Source of the DNA: Bdellovibrionales bacterium | Lineage (GTDB): Bacteria; Bdellovibrionota; Bdellovibrionia; Bdellovibrionales; UBA1609 | NCBI GenBank assembly: GCA_051011135.1 | Contig: JBPCUO010000056.1 | Location: 44,315-108,314, forward strand | Length of the DNA: 64,000 nt | Direction: 5' to 3' | In this document: positions 39,526 to 48,249 of the stretch, piece by piece | Numbering within the stretch: the stretch's first letter is position 1 | Layout of the letters: each line of letters begins with the position of its first letter | Notes under the pieces: model-generated | Told to the model about the DNA's origin: nothing | What the model saw: only the letters and a program-made list of their open reading frames with translations | Database searches by the model: none | Translations under genes and position numbers: made by a program

Positions 39526-40920
39526 TTAAAGTTGTATAATATGATTTTTTTGAAGCTCTTTAAAAGATTTTAACCCTAAAGCTCCTACCAATTCATAATG
39601 AGATTCTACCAGATGATCAACATAGTTTTTGACTCTCTCTGATTTTTTTTCAATATCTAAACCCCGTGTAAATCTTTTAGAATGGGTTGTAATTCCTGTA
39701 GGGCATTGATTCGTATGGCATCTTAATGCTTGAATACAACCTAAGGCTAATAAAAAACCTCTTGCTGTATAGATAGCATCCGCTCCTAAGCCTAAAACCA
39801 TGATTTGTTTACCAGAATTAATGAGCTTTCCGGCACACAAAATTTTAAATTGATTTCTAATATTGAGATCTTGTAATAAGTTTTCTACAACTTTTAAAGA
39901 GGTTACTAAAGGATATCCTAAATCATCCATAAAAGTTTTAGGAGCAGCTCCTGTTCCTCCTTCGGAGCCATCAATAGATAAATAGTCAGGAAAAATATTT
40001 GCTTTTTTCATAGTCGTAAATAACTCTTTTAATTCCTCTACATTTCCTAAACAAAATTTTACCCCAACAGGTAGGCCACTGATCTCTTGAATATTTTTTA
40101 TAAAATGAACTGTCGAAAGAGAATCTTTACATTCTAAATGTCTTGCGGGAGAGAAAACATCCTGCCCTAAAGGAATATTTCTTAATTCTGCGATTTCTTT
40201 TGTAATTTTTTCTTTAGGTAACCAACCTCCTTTTCCGGGTTTGCCGCCTTGAGAAAATTTGATTTCGATCATTTTAACTTCAGGTAAATCAGAAATAGAC
40301 TTTAATTTATCCGGATCCAAGCTTCCATCTTCTTTTCTAACTCCAAATTTTGCTGTCCCTATTTGAAAAATCAGATCTGCCCCCTCCATTAAGTGATATT
40401 TAGGGTAGCCTCCCTCTCCTGTATTGATTGGTATCTTTGATTTTCTAGCTCCTCGAGAAAGAGCACGAACTGCATTTTCACCTAAAGATCCAAAACTCAT
40501 TCCTCCAATAAGAACAGGTTTGGTAATTCTATATTTTGTTTTTAAATTTCTTTCCTCTCCAAAACAAAGAGAAAAATCCTCGATTTTTTCTGTATAAGGA
40601 AAAAAGGAGTGTTTTAATTTTAGCTCAGTAGAATCAAAATTTAAAAGGGAACCAAAAGAAGATGCTGTATCTTCATTTTTAGCTTTTTTATAAACATCTG
40701 ATCTTTCTGTTCTATTAAATGGTTTTTCCTCTACATCAGAAGCATAAAGATATTGGCGAAATTCAGGGCCTATCCCCTCTAAAAAATATCTTAACAAAGC
40801 TAATAATCCAAAATTACAAAGTAAAGTATGGCGTTTTTGTAAGAGACGAAAAGACCAATCTATGACTAAAATCACAAAAAAACCTGCACTCCAATAAATA
40901 TAATCAGGAAATGGAATCAA
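39526..40920 (-). CDS. FMN-binding glutamate synthase-family protein (GltS FMN-domain homologue) with an N-terminal TM segment
   Basis: Motifs QGGKPGKGGWLP and IDGSEGGTGAAP, typical of the Glu_synthase FMN domain. One or two N-terminal TM helices. Confidence 0.8.
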   Translation of the reverse strand: MIPFPDYIYWSAGFFVILVIDWSFRLLQKRHTLLCNFGLLALLRYFLEGIGPEFRQYLYASDVEEKPFNRTERSDVYKKAKNEDTASSFGSLLNFDSTELKLKHSFFPYTEKIEDFSLCFGEERNLKTKYRITKPVLIGGMSFGSLGENAVRALSRGARKSKIPINTGEGGYPKYHLMEGADLIFQIGTAKFGVRKEDGSLDPDKLKSISDLPEVKMIEIKFSQGGKPGKGGWLPKEKITKEIAELRNIPLGQDVFSPARHLECKDSLSTVHFIKNIQEISGLPVGVKFCLGNVEELKELFTTMKKANIFPDYLSIDGSEGGTGAAPKTFMDDLGYPLVTSLKVVENLLQDLNIRNQFKILCAGKLINSGKQIMVLGLGADAIYTARGFLLALGCIQALRCHTNQCPTGITTHSKRFTRGLDIEKKSERVKNYVDHLVESHYELVGALGLKSFKELQKNHIIQL

Positions 40921-41261
40921 ACTTATTAATAGTAATGTAGGTAGTAGAAATTTAATAAAAGTATCTAGCTTTTCAATTTTAAAAGAAATAAAACCCCCCT
41001 CTTAGCTTGTATGATATCAAGTTCAATCTTATTAAAAAAGTCTTTCTTTTAGTTTTTTTTAATCATAATAAAAATATGAAAATAATAGGACTTATTATAA
41101 CCCTTGGTTTCGTTTTTTTAATAACTCTTGTTTTTTTAAAAAATGATCCAAAGTGCTTGAAAAAAACCACTAAAAAGCTCATACAACTTTCTTCGTTCTT
41201 TTCTCTTTAGTTACTTAAAAAATAACTTGATTTTAAATTTAAAAACAATAAAGGTGAATTC

Positions 41262-41507
41262 ATGTTCTCAAAATTCTTTTCCAAAAAAAGTAACAGAAAA
41301 GATCTCATCTTTTTAATGATACAAGTTCATTTATTAATTATTATTTTAATAGGAGTTTTATGGTCTATATTCCGCCTAAATCAAGAAACCCCTTCTTTTT
41401 TTAAATTATTTTTCTCATCAGAAATCTCGAGGCAAAACACTCTTGAGAAATCCACCCCCAGAGGCGGCCTTCCTGCTCATCAAAGATCCTCTTTTGAAAA
41501 AAAATAA
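41262..41507 (+). CDS. Hypothetical small membrane protein
   Basis: 81 aa with an AAAGGTGA SD-like sequence 5 nt upstream and one TM helix (LIFLMIQVHLLIIILIGVLW). No homology recognised. Confidence 0.35.
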   Translation: MFSKFFSKKSNRKDLIFLMIQVHLLIIILIGVLWSIFRLNQETPSFFKLFFSSEISRQNTLEKSTPRGGLPAHQRSSFEKK

Positions 41508-41569
41508 GCCTAAAAAACATATCAAACTCTTGAAAATCAATTTAGTTCTATATAGGATAGATTTCATTA

Positions 41570-41645
41570 TCAGGCGTAGCTCAGTCGGTAGAGCAAGTGG
41601 CTGTTAACCACTGGGTCGGGGGTTCGAATCCCTCCGCCTGAGCCA
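41570..41645 (+). tRNA. tRNA-Asn (anticodon GUU), CCA encoded
   Basis: Cloverleaf with acceptor TCAGGCG/CGCCTGA, D-arm GCTC-AGTCGGTA-GAGC, anticodon stem AGTGG/CCACT, loop CTGTTAA and T-arm GGGGG-TTCGAAT-CCCTC. Confidence 0.92.
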
Positions 41646-41667
41646 TTTTATGATGGCCAGGTCTTAA

Positions 41668-41757
41668 TGGCGGAGAGGGAGGGATTTGAACCCCCGAGAC
41701 CCGTAAAGGCCTGCCGGTTTTCAAGACCGGTGCAATCAACCGCTCTGCCACCTCTCC
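41668..41757 (-). tRNA. tRNA-Ser (anticodon UGA), class II, CCA encoded
   Basis: The reverse complement has acceptor GGAGAGG/CCTCTCC, anticodon stem CCGGT/ACCGG, loop CTTGAAA, an 18-nt variable arm and T-loop TTCAAAT. Confidence 0.9.
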
Positions 41758-41766
41758 TATAATTTT

Positions 41767-42057
41767 TTATGAATGATAAGCCCACAAAATATATAATCTT
41801 AGTAAAAATGCTAAAACTATAAGAAATACATCTATACTCAAAGTAACCAAAAATCCACTGCTTTTTACGAGATATAAAAAAGATATTGTTACAGAAATCA
41901 TAACAAAAACAAATGAAAAAATTCCATATTTAATTAACTCTTGGCCTATTAAGGCTATAACATAAGCCACTGCTAAAGCAGATAGAGTTTTTATCACTCT
42001 TAAAAAAAAGATTTTTAGTTTTGTTTTGTCATCAAACATTCTTAAGTATTCTTTCAA
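41767..42057 (-). CDS. Hypothetical small membrane protein (3 TM)
   Basis: 96 aa, strongly hydrophobic, 21 nt downstream of the large TPR gene on the same strand. Confidence 0.5.
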   Translation of the reverse strand: MKEYLRMFDDKTKLKIFFLRVIKTLSALAVAYVIALIGQELIKYGIFSFVFVMISVTISFLYLVKSSGFLVTLSIDVFLIVLAFLLRLYILWAYHS

Positions 42058-42078
42058 AAAAAAATTAATTTGTCATTC

Positions 42079-44949
42079 TTATTTTAACATATAGCTTTCT
42101 AAGCGTTTTTGAATTTGATTTCGATCAGAAGCAGAAGGATCAAGAGAAAAATAAGTCTCATATACTTTTTGAGCTTTTTTATATTCCCCTTTTGCTTCAT
42201 AAATTCTACCTAATTCCTTGTAAATTTCTGGATAACCTGAGGTTCCTTCTGCCTGAGTGATTTGATTAGCGATTTGTAAAGCAGAATCAAAATCTCCAGA
42301 ACCTCTATAACAAGAAATAAGTTCTATATAATATTTAATATTTTTATTTTGTAATCGAATAGCTTTTTGATAAGACTTAGCACAAAGTTCATAATTTCCA
42401 CGCTTTCTATCTAAAGTATTAGAAGCTGATAAAGCTTTCTTTTTATAAATATCTCCTTGCAAGGTATACACCAAAGATAAGCTAGGATTTTTTTGAGATT
42501 CCGTTTTAGCAAATTCTAAAGCTCTATTTAAGTTATCATCTCCACCTTGTAAAAAATTGGTACGACCCATATAGTAATGAATCAATGGATAATTAGAATT
42601 AAGCCTTAACACTCTTTGATAATGATTTTCTGCTTGTTGGTATTCTTTTCTGTCCATATAAATTAAACCCATATAAAACAAAGGCTCTGGATCAGAAATA
42701 TCTAATAAAGAAGATTTTAAAAGATATTGTATTGCTTTTTCATGCTTATCTTTATCACCCTCTCTTTTTGCTAAAAAACCATAACAACGACCTAAATACA
42801 TATAAGCTATTTTAGATTCAGGATAATTTTTTGTAATAAATAAAAAAATATTTAAAGCCTCTTCATATTTTTCATCCTCAAAATAATACTCACCTAAAGC
42901 TTGAGGATATTCGATCACTAAAGGAAATTTCTTCATAAGTTCTCTTAAATACTTTTCACCTCGAGTAAAACCATAAGCAGAACCCATCGCTAAAGAATAA
43001 CCTATTTGAGCCGGAATACTATTGATGTCTTCTTCTATAGATCGTTTAGCATAGAGGTAAGCTTTGTTATAATCTCCTATAGCTCTATAAGATTTATTTA
43101 AAAGAACATACAAACCAACATCTGAATTATAAAACTTTAAAGCTCGCTCTCCATAACTGATAGCAGCCTTATATTGCTTTTGACGAAAAGATAATAAAGA
43201 ATAAGCTTTAAAAATTTCATAACTATTAGGATTTTGTCTTTGTGCTATATTCAAAATCTCTAAAGCACTTTTAAATTCATATTTTGAAGATAGATAATCC
43301 ACTAATAAAAAATAAGCTTCTACAATTTTAGCATCTGCTTTAATAGCTTTTTTTAACCATTGAATAGCTTTTCCAGAAACCTTAGATTGCCATAGGCATT
43401 TTGCAATTCTTATAGCCGCCAAAGCACTCTTTTGAGGAACAGAGTTATAAGCTTTTTCATAATATTTGATAGCTTCTTCACAATTTCCCTTACTGACTAA
43501 AATATCTCCTTGATAAATAAGTTGCCTTGTTTGAATTTGAGTCTTATTTAAATCTCCTGCACTTCCTAATCGCGTAATCAAAACTGTCAATTCGTTATCT
43601 GATGGATTTAAAGCGTAAGCTTTTTTTGCATAAAATAAAGCTTCTCTATTGTCTTGTTGTTTAAGATAAATCTCTTTAAGAGTTTGATAAGACTCTAATA
43701 AAATTTGAGGATCTATAACCTCTGATAAATTGGATAAATATTGTTTTAATATTTTTTCACTTCTGGATATTTTTTTCAAATGTTTATACTCTAAAATTCC
43801 CAATCTCAAATTTGCTGAAATTTGTTTGGGATATATTTTTAAAACTTTTTGATAGGTTCTTATTGCTTGATTGTAATTCTTTTTTTCATAATACATTTGA
43901 GCATCTAGCATATAGGGAGCGATCCATTTAGGAGATAAGTTATAAAGGGCTCGAATATAATTTCTAGCTTCATTATGGCGATTTAAACCTTTAAAAGCTT
44001 TGGCTTTTAAATAATAAAAAAAGATGGGACTTTCTTTATTAAGAGCATTCAAAGAGCTCTCAGAAACCAGTAAAGATTTTTTATATTTATTATCTATAAG
44101 CGCTTTAACGCTATTACAAGCTCCAGAATAAATACCTCCTCTATTTATTTTATTAATTTGATTCAAAGTTTTAGATAAAGCTTGTCTATCTTTTGTATCT
44201 TGATAAGCAAAAGGCCATAGTTCTAAATAGACTAAACACAAATAATAATAAGAAAAATAATCTTTTGGATTTCCTTCTAAAATTTGAACTAATTGTAATT
44301 GAGATTTTAAATAAAAAGTAATCTGATCTTTTTGATAATAAATAGCGGCTTTTTTTCTCTTATTTTCTAATTCTTCCTTAGGCCAAGGATTTCTTTTTTT
44401 CTCTATTGTAAGCAAATGAACTTGATCCTCTTTGGTGGTATTGCTTTGAAAGAAAAACACATAAAGAAAAGCACAAATAACAAATATTGCAACTAAAGGT
44501 AGCTTAATAGCTTTAAAAAGTTTTTGAAGAAATTGTGATTGCACATCTTCCATTTCAATAATGGAATCATCTTCTTCAACAGGGTCTTCCGCTTTCTTTT
44601 TTTTAGAATGAACAGAATCGGGAAGATTTATTTTTATTTGTTTCTTTTTTGGCTTTTCTTTTTTAATAGGAATAATTAGCGTAGGTTCTATTTTGTCTTC
44701 TTCTTCCTCTTCTGAAAAATTTTCTTCCTTGTTTTTTTTATCAGTTTCTTCTTTAGAATTCATTTTTTTTAATAGAGAATCATAAAAAATATCGTAAGCA
44801 GAAATAGGTTTCCATTTACCAGAAGGATAAGAAGAGCACATTTCTTCTCCTTCAAATTTACCCTGTTTAATATAAGAAATAATCTCTTCTTTATTATAAG
44901 GGCCTGAAATGCGATTTTTTTTATCTTTAATGAGCCAAAATTTTTCCAT
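42079..44949 (-). CDS. Large bitopic protein with an N-terminal GYF_2-like domain, one TM helix and ~780 aa of TPR repeats
   Basis: The N-terminus FWLIKDKKNRISGPYNKEEIISYIKQGKFEGEEMCSSYPSGKWKPIS fits the GYF_2/DUF4339 pattern. A charged linker and TM helix (LPLVAIFVICAFLYVFFF) follow, then many TPR units. Confidence 0.7.
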   Translation of the reverse strand: MEKFWLIKDKKNRISGPYNKEEIISYIKQGKFEGEEMCSSYPSGKWKPISAYDIFYDSLLKKMNSKEETDKKNKEENFSEEEEEDKIEPTLIIPIKKEKPKKKQIKINLPDSVHSKKKKAEDPVEEDDSIIEMEDVQSQFLQKLFKAIKLPLVAIFVICAFLYVFFFQSNTTKEDQVHLLTIEKKRNPWPKEELENKRKKAAIYYQKDQITFYLKSQLQLVQILEGNPKDYFSYYYLCLVYLELWPFAYQDTKDRQALSKTLNQINKINRGGIYSGACNSVKALIDNKYKKSLLVSESSLNALNKESPIFFYYLKAKAFKGLNRHNEARNYIRALYNLSPKWIAPYMLDAQMYYEKKNYNQAIRTYQKVLKIYPKQISANLRLGILEYKHLKKISRSEKILKQYLSNLSEVIDPQILLESYQTLKEIYLKQQDNREALFYAKKAYALNPSDNELTVLITRLGSAGDLNKTQIQTRQLIYQGDILVSKGNCEEAIKYYEKAYNSVPQKSALAAIRIAKCLWQSKVSGKAIQWLKKAIKADAKIVEAYFLLVDYLSSKYEFKSALEILNIAQRQNPNSYEIFKAYSLLSFRQKQYKAAISYGERALKFYNSDVGLYVLLNKSYRAIGDYNKAYLYAKRSIEEDINSIPAQIGYSLAMGSAYGFTRGEKYLRELMKKFPLVIEYPQALGEYYFEDEKYEEALNIFLFITKNYPESKIAYMYLGRCYGFLAKREGDKDKHEKAIQYLLKSSLLDISDPEPLFYMGLIYMDRKEYQQAENHYQRVLRLNSNYPLIHYYMGRTNFLQGGDDNLNRALEFAKTESQKNPSLSLVYTLQGDIYKKKALSASNTLDRKRGNYELCAKSYQKAIRLQNKNIKYYIELISCYRGSGDFDSALQIANQITQAEGTSGYPEIYKELGRIYEAKGEYKKAQKVYETYFSLDPSASDRNQIQKRLESYMLK

Positions 44950-45007
44950 TCATTTCATTCTAGCAAAATTTTATAAAATTGTAAGTTTTGAAAAATAAAA
45001 CGGGGTT

Positions 45008-46273
45008 TTAATCCAACCTTTCTACCTGAGCTCCTAAAGATTTCAGCTTAATATGAAAGTCTTCATGGCCACGATCTAAGTGGAATATATCGGTTACATA
45101 AGTATCACCTTGAGCCACTAAAGCGGCTAAAATAAGCCCTGAGCTGGCTCTTAAGTCTGTAGATTTTACCATGCCTCCTTTTAAAGAAACCGGACCTTTA
45201 ACAAATGCTTTATTTTGATTTTTAATTTGCACAGAGGCTTTAAGCTTATTTAATTCTTCTACATAACGAAATCGATTTTCAAAAATATTTTCTTTCAAAG
45301 AAGATTCTCCTTCGAGTTGAGTCATAAGAGCCAAAAATTGAGATTGTAAATCTGTTGGAAATCCTGGGTACACTCCTGTTTCTATGTGGGTAGATTTTCT
45401 TAATTTTGTACCTGTCAAAGTTATAGAATCAAATTGAGTCTCACATAGAAAACCACAATCCTCAAGTTTTGCTAAAAAACTTTTTAAATGCTCTGGACAA
45501 CAATGAGTCACTTTAATTTCTCCACCTGTAATAGCTCCTGCTAATAAAAAAGTCGCGGCTTCTATACGATCTGGCATAACTTTATAATTTGAAAAAGGGG
45601 TTAATTTATCAACTCCACAGATTGTTAATTCTTTTTCTCCCGTCTCCTTAATCAAAGCACCCATTTTTTTTAACACATTAATCAGATCAGAAACTTCAGG
45701 TTCACAAGCTCGGTTTTTAATAACTGTTTTTCCTTTTGCTAATACACTTGCCAAAATTAAATTTTCTGTACCTCCAACTGTAGGAAAATCTAAAGTAATC
45801 TCTGTTCCCTTTAATCCTTTAGGAGCTTTAGCATGAACCCAACCCTGTTCGCACACAATAGAAGCTCCCAAAGCTTCCAAGCTTTTTAAATGCAAATCCA
45901 CAGGGCGCTCTCCTATTTTACAACCACCAGGAAGTGGAATTTTGACATCTTTATATCTCACTAATAAAGGGCCCAAACAAAGAAAGCTCGCCCGCATTTT
46001 TTGAACTAATTCTTTAGAAGGATGAGAATTTTTTAAATAAGAACTCTTAATAATTAAAGCTTCTTTTTTTCTTTCATAAGAAAAGCCAATAGATTTAAGA
46101 ACTTCTAAAGCTGTTGTAACATCTGTTAAATGAGGAACATTAGAAATGGTATATTCCCCATCTGCTAAAATGGTAGAAAACAAAATAGGTAAAGTTGCAT
46201 TTTTAGAGCCAGAAGCTTTAACTTCTCCTTTTAAAACAGTACCACCTTTAATATGCATACAAGGTTTTTTCAT
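45008..46273 (-). CDS. murA: UDP-N-acetylglucosamine 1-carboxyvinyltransferase
   Basis: Motif GSKNATLPIL and active-site Cys loop PGGCKIGERPVDLH. The start is placed at MKKPCMHIKGG (M8 of the track ORF), which has an AGGA SD and avoids overlap with prmC. Confidence 0.93.
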   Translation of the reverse strand: MKKPCMHIKGGTVLKGEVKASGSKNATLPILFSTILADGEYTISNVPHLTDVTTALEVLKSIGFSYERKKEALIIKSSYLKNSHPSKELVQKMRASFLCLGPLLVRYKDVKIPLPGGCKIGERPVDLHLKSLEALGASIVCEQGWVHAKAPKGLKGTEITLDFPTVGGTENLILASVLAKGKTVIKNRACEPEVSDLINVLKKMGALIKETGEKELTICGVDKLTPFSNYKVMPDRIEAATFLLAGAITGGEIKVTHCCPEHLKSFLAKLEDCGFLCETQFDSITLTGTKLRKSTHIETGVYPGFPTDLQSQFLALMTQLEGESSLKENIFENRFRYVEELNKLKASVQIKNQNKAFVKGPVSLKGGMVKSTDLRASSGLILAALVAQGDTYVTDIFHLDRGHEDFHIKLKSLGAQVERLD

Positions 46274-46278
46274 TTTTC

Positions 46279-47136
46279 CTACTTTTTGATACAAACAGCA
46301 AATCGATAAATATCATTTTGGTCTTTAAAAAAATTAAATGATTTTAATCTTGATTTTGACTTTAAAAATTTTTGAACTTTTTCAAACTGATCATATCCAA
46401 ATTCAAAAATAAAACAACCCTTAGGTTCCAAAAAATTTATAGCTTTTTCAAACCAAGAATAAATATGTCCCATGCCTTCTTCATCTGAAAACAAAGCTAA
46501 AGGAGGTTCGAATCTAGATACTTCCTGACTTAAAGCAAGGTCTAAAGGCCCCACATAAGGAGGATTTGCTATAATTAAATTTGGTAAGCCTCCTAAAAAA
46601 CCTACAAAATCTTTTTGATCTAGATGAGAAACATCTTTTTTTAAAACTTTTAATCTCCCTTTTACACCAAAAGACGAGGCGTTTTCAAGCAAACAAGCCA
46701 CAGATTTTAAATGAATCTCAACAGCTACAAAATAATTTTTTAAATTTTGAGATAAAAGACTTAAACAAAAAGTTCCTGCACCTGCTCCAAAATCCAAAGC
46801 TCTTAAAGGATGAGTCATAGTATTTAAAATATACTCAATTAAAACTTCACTATCTTTTCTAGGAGTGAAAACTCCTTCTTGAATGAAAAACTTTTTACCC
46901 ATAAACCATTGCTCTTCTAAAATATAACTCAATGGCCAACCTTGTTTTCGTTTATTTATTTTATCTAAAAAACAATTTTGATCTTTTAATTTGATTTTTT
47001 GATTTTGCTCTAAATAAAGATCTGTTGGTGTATTTTTTAAAATTTGATTTAAAATCCAAACGCTTTCTTGATAAGGGTTTGAAGAAACAAATTGAAGTTC
47101 TTTTTTTGAAATATTGATAAGATCTAGTGCCTTCAT
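46279..47136 (-). CDS. prmC: Release-factor glutamine N5-methyltransferase
   Basis: SAM motif LDFGAGAGT and catalytic IIANPPYV (NPPY). ATGA overlap with prfA. Confidence 0.9.
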   Translation of the reverse strand: MKALDLINISKKELQFVSSNPYQESVWILNQILKNTPTDLYLEQNQKIKLKDQNCFLDKINKRKQGWPLSYILEEQWFMGKKFFIQEGVFTPRKDSEVLIEYILNTMTHPLRALDFGAGAGTFCLSLLSQNLKNYFVAVEIHLKSVACLLENASSFGVKGRLKVLKKDVSHLDQKDFVGFLGGLPNLIIANPPYVGPLDLALSQEVSRFEPPLALFSDEEGMGHIYSWFEKAINFLEPKGCFIFEFGYDQFEKVQKFLKSKSRLKSFNFFKDQNDIYRFAVCIKK

Positions 47137-48203
47137 GATTTGCTTTTATCCTCTAAAGCCATAGATTGGTAATGAGTATTTAAAGAAGAAATAACATGGT
47201 CAAAATCTCCTCCCATTATAGAAGCAAGATTTTTTACAGTTAATGGAATGCGATGATCTGTTAATCGTGATTGAGGAAAATTATAAGTTCTTATTCTTTG
47301 AGAACGATCTCCTGTTCCTATTTGTTCTTGTCTTTGCTTTGATTCTTTTTCTTTAATTTGCTTTTGTTGAAAATCTAACAACCTAGCATAAAGATTTTTT
47401 AAAGCTTTTTCTTTATTAGCATGTTGAGATTTTTCTTGCTGACAATAAACCATAATTTTTGTTGGTAAATGCACAATTCTTACTGCTGAATCTGTTGTGT
47501 TAACATGTTGTCCTCCAGCGCCACTTGCTCTACAAACATCGATACGCAAATCTGTCGGATTTATTTTTACATCAACGGGATCTGCTTCAGGAAGCATGGC
47601 TACTGTAATTGTAGAAGTATGAACTCGACCTTGAGATTCTGTTTTTGGAACTCTTTGAACGCGATGAACTCCTGATTCATATTTTAAAAAACTATAAACT
47701 TTATCACCACTCACACTTGCTATAACTTCTTTATATCCACCAACATTCCCATCAGAAATAGAAATAACATCTACTTTCCAGTTCTTTTTTTGAGCATAAT
47801 AACTATAAGCTTCAAAAATCTCTTGAACAAATAAGCTGGCTTCATCTCCACCTGCTCCTGATCTAATTTCTAAAATGATGTTTCTTTCATCATTAGGATC
47901 CTTAGGTAATAATTGAATTTTTATCTCTTGTTCTAAATCCTCAATTTTTTTTTCAAAAAAAGGGAGTTCTTCTTTGGCCATGATTATTAATTCTTTATCA
48001 TTTCCTTTTAAAATTTTTTTCAAATCTTCAACTTCTTTTAAAGATTTTTCATACTCTACAATAAGCGAGTACATTTTTGATGATTGTTGAAATTCTTTAT
48101 TGAGTTTTCCAAAAAGCTTAGGATCACTCATAACTTCTTCTTGCTTAAGTTGCTCTTGTAACTCTAAATACTTTGTTTTAAAAGACTTTAGTTTATCTAA
48201 CAT
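47133..48203 (-). CDS. prfA: Peptide chain release factor 1
   Basis: GGQ motif (SGAGGQHVNTT) and an RF1-type tripeptide region (RVQRVPKTESQGRVHTS). Confidence 0.95.
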   Translation of the reverse strand: MLDKLKSFKTKYLELQEQLKQEEVMSDPKLFGKLNKEFQQSSKMYSLIVEYEKSLKEVEDLKKILKGNDKELIIMAKEELPFFEKKIEDLEQEIKIQLLPKDPNDERNIILEIRSGAGGDEASLFVQEIFEAYSYYAQKKNWKVDVISISDGNVGGYKEVIASVSGDKVYSFLKYESGVHRVQRVPKTESQGRVHTSTITVAMLPEADPVDVKINPTDLRIDVCRASGAGGQHVNTTDSAVRIVHLPTKIMVYCQQEKSQHANKEKALKNLYARLLDFQQKQIKEKESKQRQEQIGTGDRSQRIRTYNFPQSRLTDHRIPLTVKNLASIMGGDFDHVISSLNTHYQSMALEDKSKS

Positions 48204-48249
48204 AAATTAAACCCTTCTTTTTAAAGATCCTAGGAGGTCTTTAAAAGAT

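Noticed and set aside
41007-41210. 67-aa track ORF with a TTG start, lying in the spacer upstream of tRNA-Asn.
   Set aside because: It has no SD, a non-ATG start and low-complexity sequence. I kept only the internal 44-aa version as a low-confidence idea in findings and did not list it as a feature.
37238-41800. The tRNA-rich segment (Ser, Arg, Asn, Ser) viewed as an integrated mobile element or genomic island.
   Set aside because: There is no integrase, recombinase, transposase or phage gene, and I could find no direct repeat of a tRNA 3' end by eye. I report only the ankyrin islet, as a weaker accessory-region hypothesis.
48204-48249. A possible hairpin terminator between rho and prfA (AAAGACCTCCTAGGATCTTT).
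   Set aside because: The palindrome leaves essentially no loop and has mismatches, and no U-run follows. It is not convincing as an intrinsic terminator.
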